Assembly: GCA_046563655.1 (NCBI GenBank)
Contig: CM102284.1
Coordinates: forward strand, 1,488,001-1,552,000
Origin: Yuukianura sp. NJ FZ-2021
Taxonomy: Eukaryota
Length of the DNA: 64,000 nucleotides
Direction of reading: 5' to 3'
Made by a program: the position numbers and the translations under genes. The notes beneath the pieces are model-generated. The model did no database searches, was not told the DNA's origin, and saw nothing but the letters and a program-made list of their open reading frames with translations. Positions 12,307 to 24,110 of the stretch are shown one piece after another (positions within the stretch are counted from its first letter, which is position 1; every line of letters begins with the position of its first letter).

Positions 12307-15300
12307 TTACGCTAAAATCGTTTCTGAAAATATACGTTGAAGAATTTGTGGCAGTTTGGTTGTGTCTAAGCAAACGTAGGCTTTGCCTGGTGGCAACCGT
12401 GACTTCAACCTGAAAATCAAAATTCCAAAATTTCAGAATTTTTGCTTTCTGAAAAATTTCTGTTTTCATATTTTATACAAATGCATATTGAGTATTACTT
12501 CTCTGCTTGGTCACCCAAAGATCCAATGAAAATTGCAAATGCCTTGACATCTTCATTTGAATTCAAAATTTTGCTCAACTCCCGCGGTGGAATTCCGTAC
12601 CGCTCCAAATTTGCATCCGACAGCATAATGACAAAAGATTCATCGAAATCGTCCACCTCTTTGGCCAAAGTTTTTATCGCTTCATCTGTGGCTTCCAGCG
12701 TGTTGTCACCGGAAGAGCAGAACTGACTGTGTAAATGCATTACGCGCATGACATCCAGTCGCTCCTTATTGTCTTTCGGTTCCTTCCCGCGCTCAACAAC
12801 CGGCAACTTGAAATCGTCACCGGAGTGTCCCACAATGTCATACTGAAACATTTCTTCAAATCCAGAAAAACCCTCCATCACCATCAGAGCACATTGGAGC
12901 ATTCGGTCCAGTCGACGGTCATATCCATTGAAACTGGTTTTAAAAAAGCGCCAAATATAGATTTCTTTGATTTTGAAGAAGTTGCCAAACCTGAAATGCA
13001 AAATTCCATTACCGATACATGGAGCCTGACACATCGACGATGAGCATAAGACGTTTTGGTTTTTGCTGAGGATCTCCAGGTTCTGGAACTTCTTCTTGCC
13101 TCAGGCGATAAATGTTCTTTTCCCCAACGACGCCTGCAAAACAGTAGTTTTTTCGAAATCATTTCGAATTTTCAAGTTTTCAAAAATATTTGAATGTATT
13201 TTAGGAAAACCTTCAATGATTTTTGTGTCGTCCAATTCGCCTGACGTTTGATGTCTCACCCACTTCCGCTCTTTGGCCTTAGCCTGAAGGGAACTCAAAA
13301 TCACTCGTAAAGCACCAATCTAGCATCAATAAAAAATTAATAAAAAAAAATCTTTTCTGAACTTTTTTTTTTGAAAAAAAAAAATTGCCTGTGGCCTAAT
13401 TGGTCCCAAATAATCTTCGTAGACATTTCCTTCATATTTGCTCATCTTGATTTCATGCAGTTTCTCTTCAAAAGCCTTCTGAGCCATAGCCCGTGCCATT
13501 TTTCGGGCTTCTGGTGACAAAGCTTGTTTCACAGCATCTGAAACCTTGCGAATTTTCAAAAAAAACTTTCAAAATTTGTTAAAAAAATGTCAAAATTTTT
13601 AGTAATTTTAGTTTAACCTGGAAGACAGGATTGCCAGAATCCAGTCTGTAGGGACCACCGACTCCACCTAGCCCCGCCGTATCTCTCCCACCGGAGCCAC
13701 CAGCCCATGTGTTGCCACCAACATGAGGAGCTCCAGTGGCGTCAACTTGGCCGTGCTTAGGGCCCTTGAAGTCCGATTCCTGGAAAGTCTTGTCACTCAT
13801 TCGAAGCGGGTCCAAGTGACCTTGACTTTTCAATTCCGGAAGCTCCGAAACCGAAACACGGCGAACTTCCAACTCACTGTAACAAGAAATTCTAGTTCAT
13901 TTTAACAATAATTACAACATTGTTAATTAAAACTATCAATTTTTTTGTTTTTGTTGTTAAGTAATTAATGCATTCTTACCCTTCATCAGTGTATCTTCTC
14001 CTTAACATGATTCCTTCAGAAGGTTCTAGTTTGTATTTCTTGAGGGCTTTTCGAACAGTTTTTCTGAGTTCGTTGTTGTACACGTCGAAATCAAAAACGT
14101 TATCGATTGCTTCAGCGAGAGTATCACTGGGATACATTTGTAAGTGCTTCACAATGTTCACAGCTTCTCTGGTTGAGTAAGGATAAGAAATCGTTCCCTC
14201 GTCGGCAAGTGCCCGAAGATCTCCGAATGCCTTTGCAATTCTTTCCAGAAAATCAACAGGAATGTTGGGTCCATACTCCTTCAGCAGAGCCATCTCTGAG
14301 TCGAAACTCGGATTATCAATTGCATGAACACTGAATAAATCACCTGAAACACAAGTTGGTTAGGTTAGAAAATGGTAGTTGACGTGGATGGTTGGACGTA
14401 ACTTTAGTAAAATTTTTGAAATTACCCAAAACTGAGAAAAAATCGTTTCCTAGAAAAGGAAATCCGGGACGATTGGCTAAAACGAACATTCGAAATTCTG
14501 GATGGAGTGGAATAATTTTTTCTAATTTTTCTGGCTCTAGATGTTTGTAGTGCGTATCAAACAAGGCCATTGGTACAATTCTACGGTTGTCTGACAAAAT
14601 CATTTCACCACGCTCCGCGAGTGTCTGTATAAAAAAAAAACGTTACACAGTTTTTAAATTTAAAAAAAAAACTGAAAAAGTTTTTAGCATTTTCACACTC
14701 TTGAAGCTAACTTACTTTAAGAATTGATGTGACATGAGTAGGGGCCTTATCAACTTCGTCGATGATGATTACATGACCTTCACGAGCCGCTCGAACTAAT
14801 GGAGAATCTTCAAAGGAAACAATTCCATCTACAACTTTCTGTTGCAGCGTCAGCGCTTGAACTGTCGTGTCTCTGAATTCATAAAAGTCAAAATTAACCA
14901 GTGGCTAAAGAATTCAAACCGATTAAAATCATGTTGTAACCAACCTATGAAGTTGTATGTACTCCCTCGGACGGTTGAGAAGGAACAACAGCTGATCAAC
15001 CAATCTTAAATCGCAAACAAAAACTGTAGTTACTAAAACTGATTATATAGGCTACCACCTACCAATTGCCCGACCACTTACCACTTTCCCGACCACTTAT
15101 CACTTTCCTACCACCTATCAATTCCATACCATCTATCACGTTCCGACCACCTACTACAACTTACGCTGCCACAACACTACCACCAGTAGCCCCGCGCTGG
15201 CACTTTTTTCATGTAATTAGATATTTGCAATGATAATGAATGATTAAATTCATACTTGTTTTTCCCAACTCCTTGATTCCCAACCAGCAAAAGATGTTGA

Positions 15301-18300
15301 CCAAGGATGTAATCACGTAACAGTTCTTCTAAGGCAGCTACATGTTGTTGGATATTGTAGAACAGGAGCTGTGGAACTTTCGACTTGAACTGCGTGTCAG
15401 GCCAAACTTCGGTTCTAGTGTTGCCAATTTTAAGAATTTTCCCGTCGTTCTCAAACTCCACACTTAACATAGGCTGGGAATCGCTGCTGCTCAACGTTGG
15501 TAGGATTCCATTGTCCTTCATACACCTCTCTAGCTCTTCTTTGTTCAATTGCGGTAGAAATCTAAAAATACAAAAGGAAAACTTCAGAATCCAAAATCAG
15601 CTGAATTTGTTAAATTTTACCTTGCCAGACATGCGCGTGAAACTTCTTCAAAGGGTCCATGAGTCAAGTCGATCGAACTGAATTTCTCAGAACGTTGTGC
15701 AATTCGAATTAGTTGGCGGGTTGACATGGAGGATGCCAAAGACTTCTTAGATGATTCGTGCGACTGACGAAGTGCTCGAGCCGTTTGCAGGATTCGTTCC
15801 ATGTGACCGGTTGCTCCTCCTTTAGAACACTGAAAATCAGAATTTATACTGAGTTTTTAAAACATTTGTAAAAAGTATTTTCAGTTTGTATTTACAAAAG
15901 CCTCGATCACATCCAGTTCTTCTTCCATGGACATTTCAGGTAGCTGGTGGTAGAAGAATAAACTGAGCATTTCGGGAGTTAGCCACTGCTTCTGCGTTTT
16001 GTTACTCCCGCCAATCTGCGGCGGATTTGCACTCGCGACTATGTAAAAATTGGGGTGAATGCAGTACAATCCTTTCTCGTTGTTCATTTGATCGTCGGTG
16101 TAACCGTATTGGGATTTGAGCGTGTTGTAGCGATCAAGTCGTAGAAGACGAGTTCCATCATGAAGTTGCAGTTCACGATCCTGTACTAACCTAAACATGC
16201 AAAACAAAAGTTAAAAGATTTTTCAGAAAAAAAAAATGATTTGAAGCGGGAAAAACTTAAAATTTTGAAAAGTCTTACCGATGGATGACAGCGAGCGTGC
16301 TTGGATGTAATTGATCAATTCCGTCTAAAACTGCCATTTTCCCCTCCAGAGCAGCTTGGATCAGCGGAGAATTGATCCAGATTGTATCTCCCTCTTGATT
16401 GGTTGATCTCTGTTGCAGCAAATCCCGGGCCGTCATGTCCTAAACAATTCAAAAGTTACACACGACACACATTTCATCAACAGCAAAAACTTCAAGACTT
16501 CAATTTTACAAAAATATAATTACCTTGTACAGAACAATCGGTTCAATTTTAGCACCAACTAAATCAGCGAATCTTGAAATGAGCACACTTTTGCCAGAAC
16601 CACGATTTCCGATAAGACAGATATCACGTCCCACGCGGTGGGATTCCAGCATTTCACTTAGCACCACTTCTTGTGAAGGAATTGAAACGTATTTGAGGTA
16701 TCCTTGTTCCTTTTCCGGTTGCGGTAATTTCCTTTTCAGTTTCTTGATTCGCTCAATTTTGAATCCAGACTTTTCCAGAATCTGTTCAACGGCACTCACT
16801 TCAGCTCCAATCTTACTTTCAGCGTGAACGTGGGCTTGAGCGTCTTTGGACTTTTCTAAAAGGAGTTCATAAGGATAAAGGCGTAGTAGTAGGCGGTAGA
16901 GCGATGCCTTAGGATCTTTGTTCTAAAAAAAAGTTTCAACAAAAAGTTTTTCTAACATGTTTACACAGCTTCAAATTTGTTTACAACTGACCAATAAACG
17001 AGCAGCATCGTACAGATTTTCAAGTGGAAAATGTGGAAGTGATATTGCCCATGGATTGTTTTCGGAATCTCGAAAATCGGGATCATTGGACCAGACGACG
17101 GAATAAGCAAAGTTTGTGAGCGTAACGAGTTTGTCGACTGGCGCCTCTGGATTGAGTGATCTCAGTCTTAAAAGCATTTCCTAAAATTCAAAACACTTTC
17201 TTCATAATGTCAAGAACTAAAGAAAAGTGGAATCTTACTTCATTTGTGAGCGGTATGATGCTTCTTCCTTGAAACCTTGAGCGAAGGGGTGGATCCAGTG
17301 GATTGCCTTTAAAAAATGGAACTGGAAGGCCAAGAGCTATCACACGGAAATCTTCATGAACGCGTACCAATTTCCATTTGTCCAGTGTCTCCGCACCGTG
17401 CTCCTACCGAAAATATTAAAAATTGGACACGGCATAGGAGTAAATGCATTTCGGTTGCTATTACTTTGAGTACTAATTGAGTTGAATCGGAGATTCACCT
17501 TCAGCAATTTATCGTATCTCTCTGCTCCAATCAGGTGACGTCCATCTTCGAGATGCATTTCTCTGTTTTCAAGTAAATTGTTAAGCAACGGCAGAACATT
17601 TCGCTCAGCTTTTTCAATTCCTTCTATTACCAGGAGCCGCCCTTCCGTCGCTGCTCTGACTGCACTCTAAAATTGAAAATAAGTTGAATCAGCTGATTGC
17701 TTTCAATGCATTAATGGAATTGCGAAATAAATGTTAAATTCACATTGTGAATACCTGATCAAAGTATTGAGCCGTTTTCCCGATAACTTCCCGTCGCTGT
17801 TTCAAATCTGCTTCAGTGGTGTCTCTTGACAGAGCAACAAACTCAACCTCCCTACTGGTTAATTCAGCAAAGGCAAACGCCAAGTGCCTCCTTGTCGAAC
17901 CAGGGGGTCCGACCAAAAACACATCTTGTCGAAGCAGATCCTTCTTGAGTATCCATTGCAGATGGGCCAATTCCGTTTGCGTAAAGCCGGAATCATCTTG
18001 AAAGGAGACGCAGCAATAATAATTGATTATATTCTGTAGGATCAACAATCAATAGTTATACAACTTGTACTCGGTGGGAGAACGTACAGTAAAGCACTGG
18101 TATTAGATGCGGACTCTTCGGCTCGTTGACAATTTTATAAGCGGATCCAATCGAAACACGTTGAGGATAAACACCGTTCTTGATCACTCCATCGTTACCT
18201 CCTGAAAATAATAGGTATGAAAATTCAAAATTTTAAAGGTTTCTTTAGTTTAGTCTATGTAAAAGCCTACCGATTGATATAAATCGTTTTAAAAAAGGCA

Positions 18301-18469
18301 AGGAACTCCGGGTGTAGAATTCGCCAGTGCATATTTCATTTCTACTGAGTAAAAGATCGTATCCTCTACGACATCGGTAGCCATTATACGAGTACAGCGA
18401 ACGTGACGACAATAGACATGTTTTTGGCGACCGTGACACTGCAAATAATCGAAAGGCGACTCGTTCCAT
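12307..18469 (-). CDS. VWA8: von Willebrand factor A domain-containing protein 8 (three MoxR-like AAA modules + C-terminal VWA), multi-exon
   Basis: Exons encode 'QDVFLVGPPGSTRRHL...LSRDTTEADLKQRRE', 'GNPLDPPLRSRFQ', 'LIGNRGSGKS', 'LLVGNQGVGKNK', 'PHVGGNTWAGGSGGRDTAGLGGVGGPYRLD', the VWA 'DVSGSM' region and C-terminal 'LPQILQRIF'. The Arg/Ser-rich N-terminus resembles a mitochondrial presequence. Start codon and first donor site are less certain. Confidence 0.93.
15054..15190. repeat. Degenerate ~19-bp minisatellite in a VWA8 intron
   Basis: Successive units such as CGACCACTTACCACTTTCC, CGACCACTTATCACTTTCC and TACCACCTATCAATTCCA. Confidence 0.75.
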
Positions 18470-19529
18470 CACCAATGACGAAAAGCAGTAATTAAAACGC
18501 AGCTAATTAACTCGTTAAGGAAAACGTTTAACCAAGTCTAGATATCAAAGCGAAATGGATTCTTAAAAAATATACGCTGTTAGTAAAACGACCTGCCATG
18601 TGTTTTTGACATTTGTTTACATTTTCTGGGCCACACTAATTCCCGGAAACCACTCATTTAAGAAAATGCGTTGACGGTAGGATTAACGACTGTCTTTGTA
18701 GCCTTGTGGTGCTTTCACACTATGAAGCAACTCGCAGCTTTCTGCTTGAATTAAATATATATAAATTAAAACTATCATATATAAAAATATATTTATATAA
18801 CGTAATGAATATTTGTACATTCTCAATATCCTATATAATAATACGTATTTTCCAAAGTTGTGAACCTAACCCTTACTAGAAACCTTACGGTACTGGAGGA
18901 GGGGTGAACTTTCCATACTCCAATCAAAGTTTGTTGCTTAAATCGGGTCCTCAGTGTATTAGATTATGCATTTTTCTTAATTTGGTAACCACCTTATTGT
19001 TACCGTTGCCCTAATAATAATTACCTGATTTCGAACAGACTTGACGTACGAGTTAGCGAAGATTAGAAAGCCCATTTGCCTTTTTCCCATTTTTTTGAAA
19101 ATTGGTCAGACATGAAATAGGCGGTCGGACAATAAAGTTTCTTTTCAAATTTTCTAAATGAACCAGTCTAGAACCAGTTTTAGAACCCTGTTATTTTTTG
19201 ATGATAATGTGTCCAACCACCCATCACCTCAAATCATGAATAATAAATTCTGCTTGTGTAGGGATTGATCGATATCCGAAAACGGAGTGTGACAATGCGG
19301 GACATTCTTTTATTATACGGTACTTATAGTTCTATTTTTGGTTTTCCATTCCATTTTTCCTAGGAGAAGGAAAACGCAGCAGAAAGTAATAAATTTCTGA
19401 TCGAAAGCAATTGTAAAGTGTTGGCCCATTTTTAAAACTGAAAAGACTAAAAATGTTGACCAGATTTGAAAATGTTGACATATTTTGAAACTTCGACCTA
19501 GTAATAAAATGTTGACAATCGTGTTGCAG

Positions 19530-20041
19530 GGGAGTTATGCACTGGCGCTGGGTCAAGGGTATACACTCCCTGCCGAACATGATGGACCTCCCAGCGTTTA
19601 AAGTGAAACTAATGAAGATCGTAATGCCAAGGAAGATCAAGAATGTCCTTCGTATTCAAGGGCTTGGAAGGCTCCCTTACGACAAAATGGTGGACATGAT
19701 GGAAGCAGACTTAAGAAATTTGTCAACAGTACTAGGTGACAAAAGTTACTACTTGGGAGAAGAACCTACGGAAATCGACTGCACGCTGTTTGGATTTCTA
19801 GCACAAGTTCTCTGGTCAATGCCTGGAAGCCCTTATGAAAATCTAGTCAGAAGTAATTTTACTAATAATCACACACGGTTTTCAATCTTTTATTACCTTG
19901 ACATATTTACATATTAAAATTTTTTATTCGTATTCGTAAATTTTAGATGAACTGACGAATCTTCAACACTACTGTGAGCGAATACGGAACAAATTTTGGC
20001 CAGACTTTGAGAAACTTTTACACAAGGCGCATACCGACTAA
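19530..20041 (+). CDS. Failed-axon-connections (FAX)/metaxin-type GST C-terminal domain; last two exons only (19530-19852, 19947-20041)
   Basis: 'QGLGRL...ADLRNLSTVLGDKSYYLGEEPTEIDCTLFGFLAQVLW' and 'NLQHYCERIRNKFWPD'. Begins at a splice acceptor (TTGCAG|G). No N-terminal thioredoxin-fold exons were found nearby. Confidence 0.8.
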
Positions 20042-20378
20042 AAATTTGTAGTTAAAAATAACCTCTTTGCACATATGATGCAGCTTGAGGCCGAATTCAG
20101 GTATCAGCTATCACACAAGGTGGGTTTTTAACATTGTTTTTCAGTAGTGAGGTGTTTAACTTGCTCTACACAGTCTGAGAAAAAAAAAGATTTTCTTTTG
20201 CTATATCTCATAGGTTTGCAGACAGTTCAAGCAGGATTTTGCATATTTTGTTCAAACATGAAAATTATTACTGATACGTCACAATTTATCATGGGGATAC
20301 AGTATTCTAATTTAATAAAATTGTTTTGAATGTTATTCATATAGTATATTCTGATATAGTAATTCCGTACATACATGA

Positions 20379-22670
20379 CTACTCTGTTAGTGATAAGGTT
20401 TCCAATTCGATGCAATTGATTTCATCAATGGACTGATGCTCAGCAGTGCTAGTTTTTGCCATTGATTTCGAAGTATTTATGTGACGTGTTAGTTTGCACT
20501 GGATTTTGATGTTGCGGAAACTAAACTTATTTCTACGCTCCCAAAGAAATATCAGAGATGCCGCTGCTAGAAGCGGCAACAAAATAAAAAATGCAACTCT
20601 GATTTTGTCAGACAAAGCAATTTCCTTGACATTTGGCCCAGTTACTGCTACATACCTTTTCTTCATTTCCTTCAAAAAAATTTGCAAGTCGTCCAAGTTT
20701 TTCCAAAATTTAACAATTCCTGCTTCCTGTACTCTCTTTAGACGAGGTCGAATGTTTCGCTCATGCAAATCCCAAAGTACCCAACCAAATACTCTACTCC
20801 ACAAGCTGTCTTGGCCTTTGGACACTAATTTTGCATTAGGATCTTGATATGACGTTGTCCAAAGACGGTATTCCGAATCTATCACATCTGACCATTCCAC
20901 AATTGCCGTACCGTTACAACTCTTGAGCAATGTCGTTAGCTCAAACTTTTCACCATCAAATGCTAGAAACTGTTCCGGAATTTTTAGCTGCTTGGCAACT
21001 GATTTCACCGTTTGAGACACCTTGGTGGTATTGGATACCAAAAATTGCTGTATTGATGCTGCAGGACACGTCGAATTGCGTAACGAGGCTCGTATAATTG
21101 GAAGTAAGCTGCTCCACCATATCGTAGCCCATACACTGCTGAGTGGTGAAAATGCATGGCCACAATGTTCCGCTGAATTTTGCTGAAGGTTTTTGAACTG
21201 AGAAACTGGCCGCACATAGATAGTTTTATTGAGCATAATCAAGTGTTGGAAAGTCGTAGCAAGTGGTATCAGCCTTGGAGATGTAATAATTGCAGTCATT
21301 ATGCTCCTATATCCATTTGTAATTACTACAAATGTAAGCAAAGTTGCACCCAGAATCCAATACATCTGGTTGTAGCGACCAGGATTTAGAGCAGAAGCGA
21401 AGCTATGTTCTAACAGTGTAGAGTACATAGTGGTAAAACCATCGCATCTTTTTTTCTTCCATTTTAAAATCAAATTTGCCGTTTTTCCAGCGACAAGCAT
21501 TGCAACTACTAGAGCAATCCAGACTTCTTTGGAACAGGGAACGATTAGGCTCGTAAAATCTGAAGTTTCATCTAGCCTGATACCGCATGCCAAGAATCGA
21601 AAAGCCAATTTACTCGTCTGTAGATTAACGTTGTAGCCAGTATGAAAGAAAACCACAGGATGGCTATAATACGTCATATTTTGTGCGCCTAAACAACTTA
21701 TGCTATTAATCCAAATCAAACTTTTGTTGGTGAGCACTGTTTGAAGTAGAATAGGTTCCCAAGAACCGTTTTGGTAAGATTTTGCAGTAAGATAGTTTGG
21801 TTTTTGTATGTTTTCCGCACTATCATCCCAGGTTTTGCTTGTAGCTTTTATAACAGCCAGTGTTCCAAGCTGGTTATCAACGTATTCAAACATTTGCTTA
21901 ATGTATGCCAAGGAGTATTGTGTAAGTTCAAGGGGAATCAATGTAAAATTACACGTTTCACAGTGTGGGCAAATTATGTTAACCTCTGAAATTCGAATTT
22001 TGACGGTTTGGCCTTGTTTATTAGCTCTAGTGATCGATTCGATTTGTTGTGTTGTATTAGACACACCTTGTAAGTGGTAAACCATAAAGTACTTGATGCC
22101 ACAACGTTCAAGAAGATGTGTTCCCAGTAGTCGAGCGGCCATGTACCAGTTGGTAGCTAGCTGTAGAATCTTTGGTCCTACCAAAGTAAATATTGAAGAA
22201 GAACCGTAAACAACTTCAGCAGGTTCGGTAACCATCGCGTATGTAGGTTCACGCCAATACTGCAAATAGAACTGTAAGTTGGTTGGAAATTGAAAGCTTG
22301 GGCTGTAGAACGTACCAAGTGTGCCTGGAGTTTCAACTAGGAAAACGTAGTTGACACATTTGTAGTACCGTGAGTGTGCGTATTTGAAAAATATTTCTGT
22401 TGGTAAGGAGCTGTAGTAGCCTTCAACATACTTCTTAGTGTTGAGATTGAATCCATATTTGTAACGAATGTCTTGAAATGTGGCGGGAAACGTAAATGGT
22501 TCAAGATCGGTGTTGTTGTAGTTGATTAAGTGAATGTGACATTCGGTACTGAATGGCTCAAACCATTTGTTCAAGTCCAACCGCCGAAATTCCTTGTTTG
22601 ACTCAACTACAAATACTTGGAGAATAAGCAGTATCAAAGTTGCAATCACCAACACTGTATTCTTCCACAT
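20379..22670 (-). CDS. Divergent ionotropic-receptor (IR)-like chemoreceptor, intronless, copy 1
   Basis: Signal peptide from the ATG at 22670; M1 'PCSKEVWIALVVAML'; M3-like 'TFVVITNGYRSIMTAIITSP'; S2 end 'LKRVQEAGIVKFW'; final TM helix. This is the iGluR/IR topology. Confidence 0.8.
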   Translation of the reverse strand: MWKNTVLVIATLILLILQVFVVESNKEFRRLDLNKWFEPFSTECHIHLINYNNTDLEPFTFPATFQDIRYKYGFNLNTKKYVEGYYSSLPTEIFFKYAHSRYYKCVNYVFLVETPGTLGTFYSPSFQFPTNLQFYLQYWREPTYAMVTEPAEVVYGSSSIFTLVGPKILQLATNWYMAARLLGTHLLERCGIKYFMVYHLQGVSNTTQQIESITRANKQGQTVKIRISEVNIICPHCETCNFTLIPLELTQYSLAYIKQMFEYVDNQLGTLAVIKATSKTWDDSAENIQKPNYLTAKSYQNGSWEPILLQTVLTNKSLIWINSISCLGAQNMTYYSHPVVFFHTGYNVNLQTSKLAFRFLACGIRLDETSDFTSLIVPCSKEVWIALVVAMLVAGKTANLILKWKKKRCDGFTTMYSTLLEHSFASALNPGRYNQMYWILGATLLTFVVITNGYRSIMTAIITSPRLIPLATTFQHLIMLNKTIYVRPVSQFKNLQQNSAEHCGHAFSPLSSVWATIWWSSLLPIIRASLRNSTCPAASIQQFLVSNTTKVSQTVKSVAKQLKIPEQFLAFDGEKFELTTLLKSCNGTAIVEWSDVIDSEYRLWTTSYQDPNAKLVSKGQDSLWSRVFGWVLWDLHERNIRPRLKRVQEAGIVKFWKNLDDLQIFLKEMKKRYVAVTGPNVKEIALSDKIRVAFFILLPLLAAASLIFLWERRNKFSFRNIKIQCKLTRHINTSKSMAKTSTAEHQSIDEINCIELETLSLTE

Positions 22671-23159
22671 GCTTATTTGTGAACAGAATGGCAAGTATTT
22701 TTGCTGAATATTTTGACCGTCATTTCAAGCGCAGTGCGGCAACGCGTAGCACCTTGAGAAATAAAGTCAAGTGAAAAAGAATTTTCTCTTTTGATTTTTT
22801 TTTCATCGTTGTGATGGCTATTTACATAAGATAAGTTCCATAGATATCTTGCATGGCTTGCTTGTCTTTTATGTCCACATGACACAGACTTACCTATTTC
22901 CCATTTGGACATTTTTCACTTCTTGTTTTGGTGTTATGTGCCATAGTGTGTTTACTCAACTTTAATGTAGGACGAGGCAGAATTTGAGTATCAACTATGT
23001 CACAAGGTCGCTTTTTAAAACTATTTTTTATTAGCGAAGGGTTTCAATAAGCTGTACATAACTTGGGAAATGAGTCATAATGAGGGATATGTTTTAACCG
23101 AACTTGGAAAAACGTTTAGCAAGGTCACCTTACGCCTGAAAATTGATTGATTATACTTG

Positions 23160-23985
23160 ACTTGGCACTTGGTACTCAAAAATACATGTATGTCCGTACG
23201 TAAATAGTTGTTGCGCATGATCCAGTGAACGAAGGTCGTAGGAAGGAGTATCTGCCTGGGACACATCTAAAAGTCGTGCATGATAAATTCCAGTCATTAT
23301 TTAATTTTTATTATTATTAAAATAATTTTAGAGGTCCAGTTCGTGTCAGCATGACACAATTTTCTTTCTACAATTCAAAAACTACTCCAAACTCTACTTA
23401 TAACAATATTTAAAAACTCAGCGCGAATTTAAATTAAATTTGAATTAAATATTATAAAATACTTTAGTTAACTATTTAAGCGGCTTTAACTTTCTCTTTT
23501 TTGTCATTAGAACCTATTTTAGCACGATTTGAGGTCGTTTTTGCAGTGTTTTTGATTTCTTTTCGCTTTTTAATGTTAAAGTTGTTCCTAACAGGCGGGC
23601 AAAGCTCCACCCCTTTTGGGCTCATTCATTTCGTCCATTTCTTCCACTGGATACTGAGCCGTGGATTAAATGTCAAAAAAGTGCATATCCACCAACACTT
23701 CTTAGCGGTACTTCATTTTACCGATGACTTCGACAAGTCGCTTTTTGCAGGGTGTCTGGATTTTTAGAAAACTATTAACCTTATGGCTACGCTCGCAAAG
23801 AAATGCGAGAGATGTTACTGCTAAGAGTGCCAACAAAAGAAAAAATGTAACTCCGATTTTCTCTGTATAGCATTTTTTTTTACATTTGATCCAGCACTGG
23901 GCACGTGGTATTTTTTTTTATTTCCTTCAAAAAAGTTTGTAGGTCGTCCAAATTTTTTCAAAATTTAACAATTCCTGCTTCCGTT
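23160..23985 (-). pseudogene. Decayed fragments of an additional IR-like copy
   Basis: 23190-23266 encodes 'PRQILLPTTFVHWIMRN' (cf. 'PRQIPLATTYQHLIMRN' in copy 2). 23786-23985 aligns by eye with the EAGIVKF...TM4 region of both intact copies, with indels. Confidence 0.7.
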
Positions 23986-24110
23986 CGTCACACCTTATCC
24001 TGCAGATACAGTATTCTAATTAATAAAATTATTTTGAATGTTATTATACTTTGATATACTAAATGCATGACACTTTTATGGTTCACACTTTAGTTGCAAT
24101 GGTTTACACT

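Noticed and set aside
15054-15190. Regularly spaced repeats as a possible CRISPR array
   Set aside because: Eukaryotic intron, degenerate adjacent units without unique spacers, and no cas genes; this is a minisatellite.
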